DNA of 64,000 bases, taken from positions 92,940,001 to 93,004,000 of the forward strand of contig NC_087436.1 in assembly GCF_036321535.1 (NCBI RefSeq), written 5' to 3'. The translations under genes and the position numbers were made by a program. The notes under the pieces were generated by a model that ran no database searches, was not told where the DNA came from, and saw only the letters and a list, made by a program, of their open reading frames with translations. Below are positions 1-12,094 of this stretch, one piece after another. This stretch comes from Camelus dromedarius. Lineage: Eukaryota. How positions within the stretch are numbered: position 1 is the first letter of the stretch; every line of letters begins with the position of its first letter.

Positions 1-470
1 TAGTGAGTAACAAGATATCTCCCCAGCTTTTAAAATGTACCTCAGATTAATTTATAAAAGAGATTGGTCATTAGTAATGTTTTACAAAGAACTTGCAATT
101 GTTTAAATATATCATTTATTCAAACTTGGAAGCTTAATATTCTTGTGATTCATTTTCTTTTGCACATATAAACATGCCCCATATTTTCAAAGACCATTCA
201 TCTATTTATTGTTTTGAAGATAAACATCACTCACAATCTAGTTTCCAAACATTCTAGATGCATTTTTGTGTGACTCTATTTATCATATAATTTTCCCACA
301 GGTCTTTATAAGATGCTATTTACCTCATTTTCCCTATAAATAATGTTTTCTCAGTAGGTCCTACTCTATCATGAAAAATGTTTTTTCTATATATTCTGAC
401 TTTCCTGTGATTTTCACAGGTTTAGGAATGTGTCTTTAAAAATTTTAAAGTTATTTTAAAAAAAAAGTAC

Positions 471-607
471 CTACTGGAAGCGAATAAAATGCACAACAAA
501 GATTAGCTGGGAAGTGTTCAATGTGCCTTGTTGGCTTGCTTTCTTCAGAAGCCACTCCTCTCAGTGGTCAGTTATAATAAAAGAAGAACAAAGTTCCTTG
601 ATGTATA
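471..607 (-). ncRNA. Possible further exon (137 nt) of the minus-strand transcript
   Basis: Minus-strand acceptor gcagctttttttttcag|TAT (AG at 609-608) and a weaker donor TAG|gtactt at 470. It lies in the transposon-free block downstream of the two stronger exons. Confidence 0.3.
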
Positions 608-1215
608 CTGAAAAAAAAAGCTGCCTGCAGTTCCTTTCAATTGCTCTGTTGCCCAGGCAGGCCGGCCTCCAGCCAGAAGCCAGCAGGCAAAATTTAACAG
701 CCACGCTTCAAAATGTTAGTAGCAGCTATCAATGCATCCATAACTCTTAGCCCTCTAGATATGGGGTCATCTTTCAATACTACCCCACTGTCATATACAA
801 CATTTGTCTTGTCCCACATTCAACTGATTGTGTCAAACTATGGAAGGACTATATAATACACATATACAATAGCACAATGAAAGCAATAATCTCCAACCCA
901 GTTTCTTTATTTATCTGAGTGCTATTACAAAGTTTCCTGCAGTAAGGAGAAGCTGGGAAGTCTGTGACATGTTCCAGCCCTGCAGTCGATCTTAGAGGAG
1001 TCAAAGCTCTGGAGGGCTGAAGTGCAGAATGCGATGGCTTTGGTGCTGCACAAGAATCCAGCTTTCCCATTACTTTGATAACCCATTCTGTTTTCCTGAA
1101 TTCTGGTAGCCACTACTTATATCATGTAGAATCTATTTTCTTTTTTACTTAAAAAAAGTAAATTATGCTAATGTTTATGGATTATGGCTGGCAAAATAAT
1201 AGATTATTTACTCAC

Positions 1216-1258
1216 CTTGATTTTTAAGTACTACTGATTTCTTCGACCAAAACGAATC
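1216..1258 (-). ncRNA. Candidate 43-nt exon of a minus-strand spliced transcript
   Basis: Acceptor tgtgcttttgcatatag|GAT (AG at 1260-1259) and consensus donor AAG|gtgagt (1215-1210). Confidence 0.65.
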
Positions 1259-1419
1259 CTATATGCAAAAGCACATCTTATTTTCTTGTTGCTGAGTTGG
1301 ATTTACAAAATCATAGTGAGAGATTAAAGGTATACTTGCCTTAGAGTTTTTTCAAGTTGTTTTATCCGTGTATCAAAGCCTTCAAGAAAACAAAAGTCGG
1401 CTTTGGAGAATGATTGCAT
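1231..1419 (-). CDS. Putative spliced small ORF, 35 aa, join(1419-1340,1258-1231): MQSFSKADFCFLEGFDTRIKQLEKTLRIRFGRRNQ
   Basis: Hand translation across the predicted GC-AG intron. ATG at 1419-1417 has A at -3; TAG is at 1233-1231. No homologue recognised and translation is unproven. Confidence 0.2.
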
Positions 1420-1438
1420 TTTCCTTTTGAATCTACAC
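1340..1438 (-). ncRNA. Candidate 99-nt exon of the same transcript
   Basis: Strong acceptor ttgacatttccctccttatggcag|GTG (AG at 1440-1439) and GC-type donor AAG|gcaagt (1339-1334), which matches the donor consensus at all other positions. Confidence 0.6.
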
Positions 1439-2099
1439 CTGCCATAAGGAGGGAAATGTCAACAAGTCAATAGAGAACATTTAATTATTTAGTCGCTGGA
1501 AAGGTTGACGAGGCATTTAGATACAAGCCTGAATGACTGGATAAAATAATGTTGAGAGGTACTGCACTCAATTTAGAAATATTACATAAAGCAGAGTTTT
1601 ATTAGGCTAAGCAATAGTAACAGTTGAAAAGCTGTGATACAGACACCCTTGCAATTAGGCTTTGTGTGCCACTAGTTAAATTTTTTAGATAATTATTTAA
1701 TTGTGTGATTATATGTCCGTATTTCTGAGCAATAGAGCCCACTTTCGCTATGGCAACATTATGAGAAAAATGACAAAGAAAGCAATGAGTTTCAGGAGAG
1801 CTGTGTTTTTTTTTTTTTTTTCAGCAATCAAAAGAAATGCTTTGTTCAAGAATATACGCCAGGATATGATTAATAGGAAAATGACCATCAAAAACCAAAT
1901 CGCATGGGGAGGGAGAAGAGGCTCTGAACCCAGGTGTAACAGAGAATTCGTAGTTCTTATACATCACAGAGCAGAGAAAGAGTCAGACAGCAGAGTTAGT
2001 CTCCTTCCGAGGATGTTCAAAAAGGAAAGGAATCTTGTAAATATCTTCGCAAAAGTCAATTCTCTTTCCACAGTCAAACAATGCTCTCTGTAACACAGC

Positions 2100-2450
2100 T
2101 GCAAAGTACGTGGGGTTCTCCGCCACACGGTAATATTTTTATAGCCCCGCAGTCACCATCTATTCCGTATACACAAACATCCGCGTACCCAGAAAATAAT
2201 TGTGGATAATTCAATGTTCAGATTCGATAATGGATGCTCAAATAAATATGAGAATTCCAAGCAAATTTGTGCAAATGAAAAAAGATTTCCTCTGACATAA
2301 TGGCATGGTGCAAGGCTGTGTGTAATGAGCTGTAATTTGTCTGGAAGAGCATTTTAAAGGGGTTGATCCAGCCACTGGAAGACCAGCAGCCGCTCCACGT
2401 CCCGCAGCCGTGAGCCGGCCTGCCTCGTCTCAGAGGAAATTACACCGCAA
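2100..2450 (-). promoter_or_regulatory. TATA-box promoter firing on the minus strand, TSS predicted ~2107-2113
   Basis: Minus strand reads GCGGGGC-TATAAAAA (TATA 2143-2136), with pyrimidine-A initiator candidates at 2111 and 2107. About 16 CpGs are retained in 2041-2450 against a CpG-poor background. Confidence 0.6.
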
Positions 2451-5436
2451 GCAGGCCAAATTTCTGACAACTTCCATAAATTATTTCAGATTTTCATATT
2501 TCAAATTTCATCTGCATTCATCATGTGAGTTTGACTGGGGAAAAATGTCTAGGAGGAGTTCTGCTAGCATTCAATGCAGCAGTCCCAGGAGCCTGCCCTG
2601 GGACTAGATAATTTAATTTCGTTTTGATTAGATTATTCTTGCTGCAGTCTACTGCCAATCTGAAGTATTGTGCCTTCTCTTCTACTTAACCTTCCTGCCC
2701 CATGCCTGCTCCAGCCTGCATGCAGCTCTCTGTATTGCAGAATATATTTGAACAATCAAAGTTAGGAGTTATTATTTTGCTTTCCATTGTCCATCCTTAT
2801 AAAAGCACACATCTTTCACTGGGCTCCCTCTTCCCAGAAATCAGATTACTTCTTTTTTTTAGTTTGTAATATTGTTTACCATTTTCAGTGGAAAGTGCCC
2901 TGTAATTTAGGTGGAAAATCTAAAATCATTACTAAATCTCAGGATGATGCAATAGACCCTAAATGAGGATCATCTTTAAAACAACTATAATCATCACTAG
3001 GCGATACACAAGAGACTGAAAACAGGTAAATAATGAATACACCTATCCATTAAACTGAAAATCTATTGTAAACCAAAGTTATTTTTCAATCCTTTACCTA
3101 ATGGTTAATGAAGAAAACCCTCTGTAATCGGTCTTCGAAAGCAGGACATTAGAGATTCAGAATACAAACTCTTGTAAACATGCAAAAGCATAAACATGAT
3201 TAACTTACGAAAAATACTGGCACAATAGCAAAATAATATGGGAAACAGACTCAGTAAGGTTTTTAAAAATTCTTTTAAATTAGATTTGAAAACATGAAAT
3301 GACGATTAACAGTAAATGTGGACCCTAGGTATCTAAAAATGCATAACCAAAAATTTTTTCCTATTTTTAGAAAATGTATTTATATGAGATTCAATAACCT
3401 AGGAACACCAAAAATGTTTGTCACTTACTAAGTTAGAGGCAAGATTATTAGAAACACAGATAAATAAACAAAGCTAATGTTGTTCTTTAAGTAATATCTA
3501 TCACTTCCTCCTTATTGAGTTATTTCTTTAAACAATATAAGTTTTTTTGATGCTATGTGTCTGAACGGAGGACTTTAGTTTCTTTATTGTTCTCCATTTT
3601 GATGAAAAAAATTGAATTGGGGTCTGTTATATTGAATTTTGTTCAGTAAATATACTGAAATCATATTTTTGTTAGAAACTATCAATAAATCCAGTATAAG
3701 AAAAGTAATAAGATACAAATATGAACAGGACCTTTGCAAAGGAAATATTACAAAGAGAGTGCACCCAGAAAACATATTAGGGAATGTGTTTTTTCCCTTG
3801 TGCTCAGAGAAAATTCAGAAAGAGGGACATGAAACTGTGTTATTTTTAATACAGATTCCGTGCTTGAAATAAAAACAGTTCTCACCACTGTATCACCTGG
3901 TTCAATAAAATCACTTTTCCAGCATTGGAGTTAGAAAAATACATTGGAAACACACCTAAATCTTTTTTTCTACTTCAAGATAACTTACTAAAAAGAGATC
4001 ACACTTGGTAAATTATTGACTTCCCAGATTATGAAAATTCTGAACTTTTTGCTGTCCATGTTCTAATAGAGGTTAGTTACATAACAGTCTCAATTCTTAA
4101 AATCAATTTCAATGGCCTATGCGGCCAAAATCATCTATATTCAGAAGCCCATTATATTCTATCAGTAATATCCTAGGAAAAAAAGTACAAGGACTTAACA
4201 AAATCTAATTTATTATGGATAAATGTCTTGAAGCAGTAAGTCATGTTTATTCCCTCTAGTTTTGGAGATGTTGGGGGTCAAGAGAAAAAAAAATTGAACA
4301 TGTTAAATGCTCTTTTTTCCCCTACTTGTTTAACTGAATTAATACTCTGGGAAAGGAATGACGTTGTAAACTAAACTGACTTGAGGAAACTTCATTCTGA
4401 GAAGAGTATTAATTTGCTTAGTAACCCCTTGCTCTGTTATATGAGGTCAGACACTGGGCATTGGTCACTTGGGGTGCTAAAAGTTTCTGCAGTGTTTTCA
4501 CTTTTATTTGTGATCGTGTAAACAAGCACCTTAAACCCAGAAAACGTTCATGGCATTCCCTATTAGTTTAGTCCTTTGAACAGTTATAATCTACTTGGAT
4601 ACTAGTGGCGGTTGTTAAATAACTTTTTAATAAATAAAATGTGAAAGGAAAAAAATTGCAGCTCAGTATTTGCAGCTTGTCTTAAGGTTCTAAAACTTGT
4701 TCTAATAAAATTAAATGTGTGCACTTTAAAAGCCCTATCTAATTACTCTCTTGAAAATCTCTGTGACTTAATGTTGGAGCCACTGTGCCATTTGGCCAGG
4801 AGGACTGGCAATTAAGCTTTTTGTACCCAGTATTCAAATTTGAGAATGTCACTTTATTACTTTGATTTTTAATTATGGACCATGTCAGCAGAAAGACTTC
4901 CATTGAGTGCAGTAAAAGAAAAAAGAAAAAAAAGAAAAACCCTTTCCTGGAAATGGCAGTCAATGAAGAGAAAAGCAGCATTCCTAGAAATGTATAATTT
5001 ATGATTGAAGCAAGAGGCTCCCGTGGGCTATCATAAAGGTAGTTTCAAACAAGGATGGGAGTATTTGTATGGCTGGGTGCCTTTGGCAGCAGAATTTTGG
5101 CTTCTGCTGCTGGGAGTTGCCTAACTACTTCAAACTTCGTAAGCTGAGCCCTGGAAGAAATGCAAATTAATTAATGTCTACCCTGGAGAAGGGCGAACTC
5201 ATCTTTTTTAATAGAGCAAGAATTTTTTTGTTGATAAGAAGAAAAATTAAAGCCTTGCTGTGGTGGGCTGTTTTCCCAAGGTGGAAGCCTAACTTGTAGC
5301 TAAAAACGTTAACCTCCCACTCCTGTGATTTAGTGGCTGCTATGTGGCCTGCATTGCGTAACTCCAGGGACGCCACTTATATCACATGCTATGGAGTTGT
5401 GCTCTTGGGAGTCCCTGTCATGAAATACAGTGGGAA

Positions 5437-5455
5437 TAGTGCCCCCTAGTGTTGT
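5437..5455 (-). promoter_or_regulatory. CTCF-like binding motif
   Basis: Minus strand ACAACACTAGGGGGCACTA matches the CTCF core CCACYAGRKGGCRCTA except at its first C. Confidence 0.55.
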
Positions 5456-7734
5456 GGAGCTTAGAGGCTCCCATGAAAGCCATTTTTAGATGTCTCTGTT
5501 AGGTTTCTTTCTGTGAAGGAGAGAAGACAGAAATGGGAAGAGGAAAGAACCATTGGTTTCCATTTTTCTTTCCCTCCCTCAGTGCAAGCACAGCCCCTAA
5601 TCTTCTTTCCACTTCATGTGAACTTTTCCAGACCACTATGGAGAGGTACTGTTACTTGTCCAGATCTGCCTAAATGAAGAAGTGGGAGAATGGAGCTTTG
5701 CTTGGCTGCATTCTGAAGTTCTCGCTCATTTTGACCTCTTTCATGTAGTCAGAGAACCTTAGGTTGCTAAACCAAATAGCCATCTCTCCTTGAGTCTGAG
5801 TGGCAATGCTACATTAGAAATGAGACCCAGAAGCCAAAGGGACCCAAATGTATCCTCTCAAAGATCTGAAGGATCCTCTTTTGGAGTCCAATATAGGCTT
5901 TCTTACTCTCAGAGAAACATATTCAGGCCAGATAAGTTTGATTATTATCACAGAGATTTGGACCGCTGATAGAATTCATTCATTATTTGAAAAGATTGCT
6001 ACTTAAGGAAATGCAACAACTGACTTAATAACCAAATCCATTATGTTCCAATCTTTGGCTGAAAAAAGAGGCGTAGGGCAAGCAGCATAGGAGGCAGACA
6101 GGGGAATCAACCCTCTTGACCTTTACTTTCCTCATCTGTAAAATGGAGTGACTGGATTAGATTGTGTCTTCAGTTGTGAAATGTGTTGAAAGTAATTGGA
6201 AATGAATAATAAAGTATGGAAGTTTGTGAATTTTAATTTTAACTTAAAAATAAATTAGAGCAATTTTGCATTCATGTACTCTCAACTATGTTTTTATTTG
6301 AGTCGGGGAGGCCTATTGTGTTTACAGTCTATGTCCTGGGAATGGAAGTGTATCAGTTGTGAGAATGTCATCTGCTAAGACAGAGTTAACTGCTGAAACC
6401 TGGAGACCTGTAAGGCAGCTTCCACCTGGGACGGACAATGAGCATGGGTCCCTTCCTAGACACACCTGTAAATTAGGTAAATTCATCTTTGCTTTTTTGA
6501 CATTTCATCTGCCTCTCCCTCATATTCTCTGCTCTCTATTCTGTCTCTACCCTCAGCCCTCACCTTGCCCTTGACCTTTTCTTTCCTCAAAATGAAACTG
6601 ACCAACTCCACGGGGTCTGCTCCAGCCCAGTTTCGTAAGGTGTTGTTCATGTAACCCTGACCGTGCTCCAGATTACTTTGGATAGTACCCACACAGATGT
6701 TTAGAATGTAATAGTTGGTCTTTATTTTCCATTGTATTGGAAATATAATTTGTACATCACAATTGTGATTCTGGGATATTATTGCCTAGGGCTAGGCTAA
6801 GGTAGGACTATGCATTTTCTCAAAATAAGTCCATTTAAGTGAAATATTGAGTATATAAAAGTATAATGGTACCACAATATGGAAGAAACCATGGAAGGTG
6901 GTACGTCAGGGACTGAAATTGGGAAACTTTGGATAGATTAATTTTTGCTAAAGAAACAAAATCGTTTAGTGAGCTTTACTCCCACTCCACGGGACAGAAA
7001 ATCACAAACGTAACAGTGGTCGTAAGTGATAGAAATAGGAACTCTGTGCTATGGAAACTCCAGTGATAGTAAGGCTATTCTATTTATCTTTTGTGATAAT
7101 TCCAGTGTTGCTGTCCAACGTTTCTGGTAGCTCTTGCTCACGGTGTCTTGATTTCTTGTGTGTTCTGTGATGTTTTTGTTTGTTTGTTTTTACCACGAGC
7201 TCTTGCTCTTTGGGTAATTCTTTGGGAATTCCTTTGATTTGAAGGATGATTTTTTTTTTCTTTTTTCTAGGTTCCTTGGGTAAACTACCCATTCAGAACT
7301 ACTTTAAACTAAATTCTAGGCTTGAGATTTTTTTAGATTTCTAAGGTAACATGAATTTGGGCTACAAACCTTTGCATGGGCCGCTTTTGGTTCTGAATTA
7401 TCAGGGTGGATTTCTCTTTGCCCTCTGCTCCTTAGTGCCACGTTTTAAGAAAGGCAATTTTCTCGCTAACTGCTTCAGGAATAATTGTATTTCTGGTCCA
7501 CCCTCACTTGGGCCCTTTGTCTTTCATCCCCATGTCCCTTCAGGCCGTGAAATTTCCAAGCCCCAAATTATTGTGCTCAGCAAATGCTTCCTGGTGGAGA
7601 TTGACTTCCAGGCCCTGAGCACTTTTCTGGATTCCTGCTTTATTATTTAATTTCTGGCCTCTGAATATTCCTTACTTATTTTATTTACTTATTGATGCAT
7701 TAAAAAATACTTGGTACAAAAACTCTCTTAGATG

Positions 7735-8345
7735 ATTAGGGGATGTAAATTGGTATAACCACTTTGGTAACAGTCTACACTAAGGCTTAACCTATATGCA
7801 TCGTATGTATGACCCAATCATTGTATTCTTAGCTGTATAACCAGCAGAAATACATATACAAGTTCTCCAAAAGACCCTTATAGGGATGTTCATAGCAGCC
7901 TGTTCACAATGGCCTTAATACTAAGAACACACAAATTCCCATCAACAGGAGAATGGCTAAATAAATTGTGGCATATTTAAACCATACATAGTATTTATAC
8001 TACTGTAAGAGACATTGACAAGTGGCAAATATAAATAATATGAATTTATCTCACAGGCATAACTAAAGAATCCAGACGCAAAAGAGAGCATATTATGTGA
8101 TTTCATAATTTTCATAATTTCACACTAATCTGTGAGAAGTCAGGGCGATGATTTCTCTTGGAGGATTAGCAATTGGAAGGACACAGCTCCTCTACGGAGC
8201 TGAGAATTTGTTATTTCTTATTCTGAGTACTGGTTACATAAGTCTATTCAGTGTGTGGAAATTCATTGAGCTGTACACCTGAGATATCTGTATTTTGGGG
8301 AAATTTTTCTGAATATATACTTTTCTGAAAAAGGAAAAATACTCT
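7735..8345 (+). mobile_element. Old L1 (L1ME-like) 3' fragment
   Basis: L1 ORF2-end/3'UTR phrases: ggatgtaaattggtataaccactttgg, gatgttcatagcagc, ccatcaacaggagaatggctaaataaattgtggcat, aattcattgagctgtacac. Confidence 0.7.
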
Positions 8346-8939
8346 ACACATTATTTAAATTCTTTCTCAAGAGAAGAGTGATCAAAATAAGAAAGGAAAA
8401 GAGACAGTCTTTGGCTTGTCATTGTTGAGCACAGTACTTGGCCCAGAGTGAGTGCTCCATAAATATTTGTAGATGCCATATATTTGGAATTTAATTTTTC
8501 AAAAAGCACAGTTACCAGTCAACTAGGTTTCTTCATTAAAGAACCAACCAAACAAACAAACTAGGAAATAACTGATACATACCTTTAGAAATACAGTCCC
8601 CTTACTCTAGAAAATGTGGGCTGAACAGATTATACCACTTTATTCACCCTCAGAAAGTTATGGGATACATGGGGGAGGCTCGAGATATTTCTCAGTTTAA
8701 AAGAGAACAGAATGCTCCTTGGATTCATGTATGGATGAAAAGAATTCTTCAGGAACTTCTTTTTATTTTGGATGTTTTGCCCTTTGAGATATCAATTCCT
8801 TGAACAAAGAGGAAAAGTAATTTCCCTAATGGGGAGAAATGGAAAAAAAATGTCTTTAGAAAAGTTTAAATTATATTTAGACATGAAGGACATTTTACTT
8901 GAGGAAGTTAAAGCTTGTAACAGAAGAATGTTATAACTC

Positions 8940-9060
8940 TGCAGGGAAACCTCAGTAAGCAGCTGTGTGACCTTGACCAAGCTTCCCGTCCTCTCTGTTC
9001 CCAGTTTTCTCCTTTGCTAAGTGAGAGACAAACACTAGATTTCTTTCAAAATTAAAATTC
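8940..9060 (+). mobile_element. MIR SINE fragment
   Basis: Core gctgtgtgaccttgaccaag...ctctctgttcccagttttctc. Confidence 0.65.
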
Positions 9061-9304
9061 TGTAATTGCACAATTTCATCTAACGGTAGAAAAAATTGGC
9101 TTGAATTACCTTAAATATATTAATTATAAATCATTAAAAAAGAAAGGTGGTTTTGTTTACTTTAAAGTGACAAAATACAGTATTATTTACAATAAATTTC
9201 ATGTTATTTAGTGGAGGTCTTTTAACGGGACTTGATTTAAGGATTAAAGAGGATTTGAAGTTTGAATATCAATTGTTTAGAATTTTCTCTGTGTTTGCTA
9301 AGTT

Positions 9305-9700
9305 CCATTGTGGCAGGGTCTGGCTCCAAAGGCTGAGCCTGTTTGCTCTTCTTCCTGGGCACATTGCTAGACTCTGTTTTCCCTCCTTCACCGTGAGGTG
9401 TGGGCACATGGTCCAGCCATTGGAGCATTAGCAGAAGTGATACATGCCATGAACACCTCCAACCCAGGATCGTCCAGGCTTTCCTTAGGTCACAACATTG
9501 TAACCTTAGAAAACGCAAGTAGCAGATGGTAGGGCCACAAGGTAGAAGGGTTCTGGCTCTGAATTATCATGTGGAGGAGAGCTGCTGATAATCAGGAACA
9601 CCTGTTTTGTTCTTTCCAAGAGCAGGAAATAAATACCTGTAGTATTTGATCAATTATACGGTTTGAGTTTGCAACTATTAATGTGCATTTAACTAAACAA
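9305..9700 (+). mobile_element. MaLR LTR (MLT1I/J-like)
   Basis: tgtggcag start, cttcttcctgggcacattgctagact motif and gagcaggaaataaat polyA region typical of old MLT1. Confidence 0.55.
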
Positions 9701-10014
9701 ACCCTCACAAAATGGGCCTTAAAAAGAGAAACTGCAGATTGAAGAGAGTGCTAATTCTCAGTCTGTGAAAATTCATTGATCTGTGCACATAAGATACCTG
9801 CATTTTTCTGAATGTATGTTAAACTTTCTCTAAAAAGAAAAAATACTTCAACTTTCTGACTTTTGCAAGCAAAGCAAATAATAAGAAGTAGCAGAGCTGA
9901 CATTTCTCCTACTAATAATATTTTTTATAAAGAATGGTTTTGCTAACAAGATACAGTATTGCCCCCCCAATATTCTCCTGGGACTGGACCAACCCTTACA
10001 ATATTGGCGTTAAA

Positions 10015-10400
10015 AAGGCAGCAGAGTATGGTGGAGATGGTGGAGACGGTTGGTTCAGTTAGGCTGAGTGCAAGTCCTGGTTTTACCACCCAGGGCTTCA
10101 CTTTTCTTGTCTATAAAATGGAACTAATAATATGCACCTGGTTAGTTTGTTAGCAGTAAAACAGAGTGGCTAAAAGCATGAAGTTGGGGTTAGGATACCT
10201 AGAGCTGAATCCAGGCTCTGTTATTGCTGGCTTGGGTGAGATGCTTAAATTCTCTGTGCTCAGTGTCGTCATCTGGAAGATGGGGATAAAGGTACAAAAG
10301 TTTGAGAGTTAATATGAGAATGATGTGAGTTAACACATACAGAGTGCTCAGAATAGTGCCCGCCACCAAGATGTATGTAAATGCTCATTTTATTGCTATT
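10015..10400 (+). mobile_element. Two adjacent MIR SINEs
   Basis: Two MIR cores (ttcttgtctataaaatgg; ctctgtgctcagtgtcgtcatctggaagatggggataa) with the MIR 3' end agtgctcagaatagtgcc. Confidence 0.7.
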
Positions 10401-11217
10401 GTTGCAAGGATTCTCTTGAATACGGACAAAAATTCACCCGTATTATAGACACTCAATGAAATGGCAATTTGCACTATTCAAAGATGGTTGGCAATACTTG
10501 TTTGTACATAAAAATGACAGAATCTTAGTTTGACACTTTTCACATGCATAATACCCTATCATACAGAAATTCCATTTTAACTCATTTCAATTTATCCAAT
10601 ATGTGCTGGTCTGTTGTGAAATAATTTAATTCCATGATTTAACAGGTTATTGCATTGAGGAAAAACATAGCATACAGAAAGAAATCTATCTTCTCCAAGA
10701 CCAAGTGTTGAGGCTTCTGTATGGCATTTCCCTACTCACATCTAGCTGTATGCCAAGCCCTGTGCACCAAACTCGTAAGATGAAGACCAGACATGCTTAT
10801 TCTCTTAGCTGATAAAATTGCTAGAATCATCTTTCAGATGGGATAAACTTTCCTTTTGGATTGTGTCCTTTATTAGTAAAAGACTTTAAAGCATGCACTC
10901 TCAAAATAAGTACTATATATTCACTTATACATGACATACACTTAGTATTCATATATATGTATATGTATTTATATACCATCTATCACTATTCTTATATAGT
11001 GTGAAATTATAATACACACACAAAGGTAAAAATTTTAGCATGATGAAACATATAAAGGAAATCACCTGTAGTTTAAAATGTATTCCTAATTGTGATGGCT
11101 TAACACAATCATTAGCCAATACCTTAAGGCTTAATATATACTTGGGTTGAAGGTCATTGTTAATGAGAGTGTATGCTAACCATATTAAACAAAATTTTTT
11201 TAGTACCTTCAAACATT

Positions 11218-11348
11218 TATTTTTGTTTTTTGGTGGGGGGAAATAATTAGACTTATTCATTTATTCTTAGAGTAGGTACCGGGGATTGAAGCCAGAACCT
11301 AATACATACAAAGCATGTGCTCTACCACTTGAGCTATACCCTCTCCCC
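11218..11348 (-). mobile_element. tRNA-Ala-derived camelid-type SINE (Vic-1-like)
   Basis: Reverse complement gggg..agggtatagctcaagtggtagagcacatgc...ttcaatccccggtacc, followed by the ctaattatttcccccc domain and A-rich tail. Confidence 0.8.
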
Positions 11349-12094
11349 TATATGTTAGCCATAGTTTATATAAGACAATTTCATAACTGTTTATCTGACA
11401 TTTCAGATCTGATTAGACCATCGTTTGTTGTTGTTGTTTTTAGACTCTTTCTAAGAGTAGAAGGAAAAATTCTGCCATTTTCAAATTGTGCTCTCTTCAT
11501 TTGTATGATCAGCGGTTCGTGGTTTCTCTTTTTAAGCCACTTTTCTACTTGTCTGGTTTAGTTAAAAGTAGACAATATATCTCTTGACCCATTAAACTGG
11601 GCACACTCGAAATTGCAACCTGCTTCACCACGCCACCAGCAGACAGTTATGTCAGGAACCTAAGGGTGCTCCTGCCCTTTCCTGGGAGAGACCGTTGGAC
11701 ACACGAATCTCTGACAGAGGGGCTGAATGAAAGCAGCAATGTCCAGCCAGAGTTCACACGTTACTTAAGTTACGTCTCTGAATTTTAAAGCTAAAACTGT
11801 AAATACAAGCAGAAGCTGTAACGTTTTCCTTCCTGCACATCCAGAGGATCACGTGGGGCCCTCATCTCACTGTTGCCTGCACACGATGTGGGCTGCCCTG
11901 ATTCGTTCTCTTGTAGTTGAATATTTTTTCTCCATGCCAGAGAACATAACTCTTCCTCCTCAGGCAGATCTGAAGAAGGTTTCTTCCTTAATGGGGAAGA
12001 AAATTTCACCTTCTGTAATACTGTCCTTGTAATTGAAAGCTCAGCAATGGAGCAAGAGAAAAGTGAGCCGCAGGTGTAAAGCCTACCCTCGGGA

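Noticed and set aside
1030..1050. REST/RE1-like site TGCAGCACCAAAGCCATCGCA on the minus strand
   Set aside because: The left half matches but the essential GGACAG right half is broken.
1748..1888. Hydrophobic 46-codon minus-strand ORF (MVIFLLIISW...) as a signal peptide for the RF-GRR ORF
   Set aside because: It ends in its own stop, crosses a length-unstable A16 run, and has no credible donor to splice into 1438. Its hydrophobicity reflects T-rich DNA.
1701..2093. 130-aa plus-strand ORF
   Set aside because: TTG start, crosses a T16 run, no recognisable domain, and antisense to the better-supported minus-strand promoter and exons.
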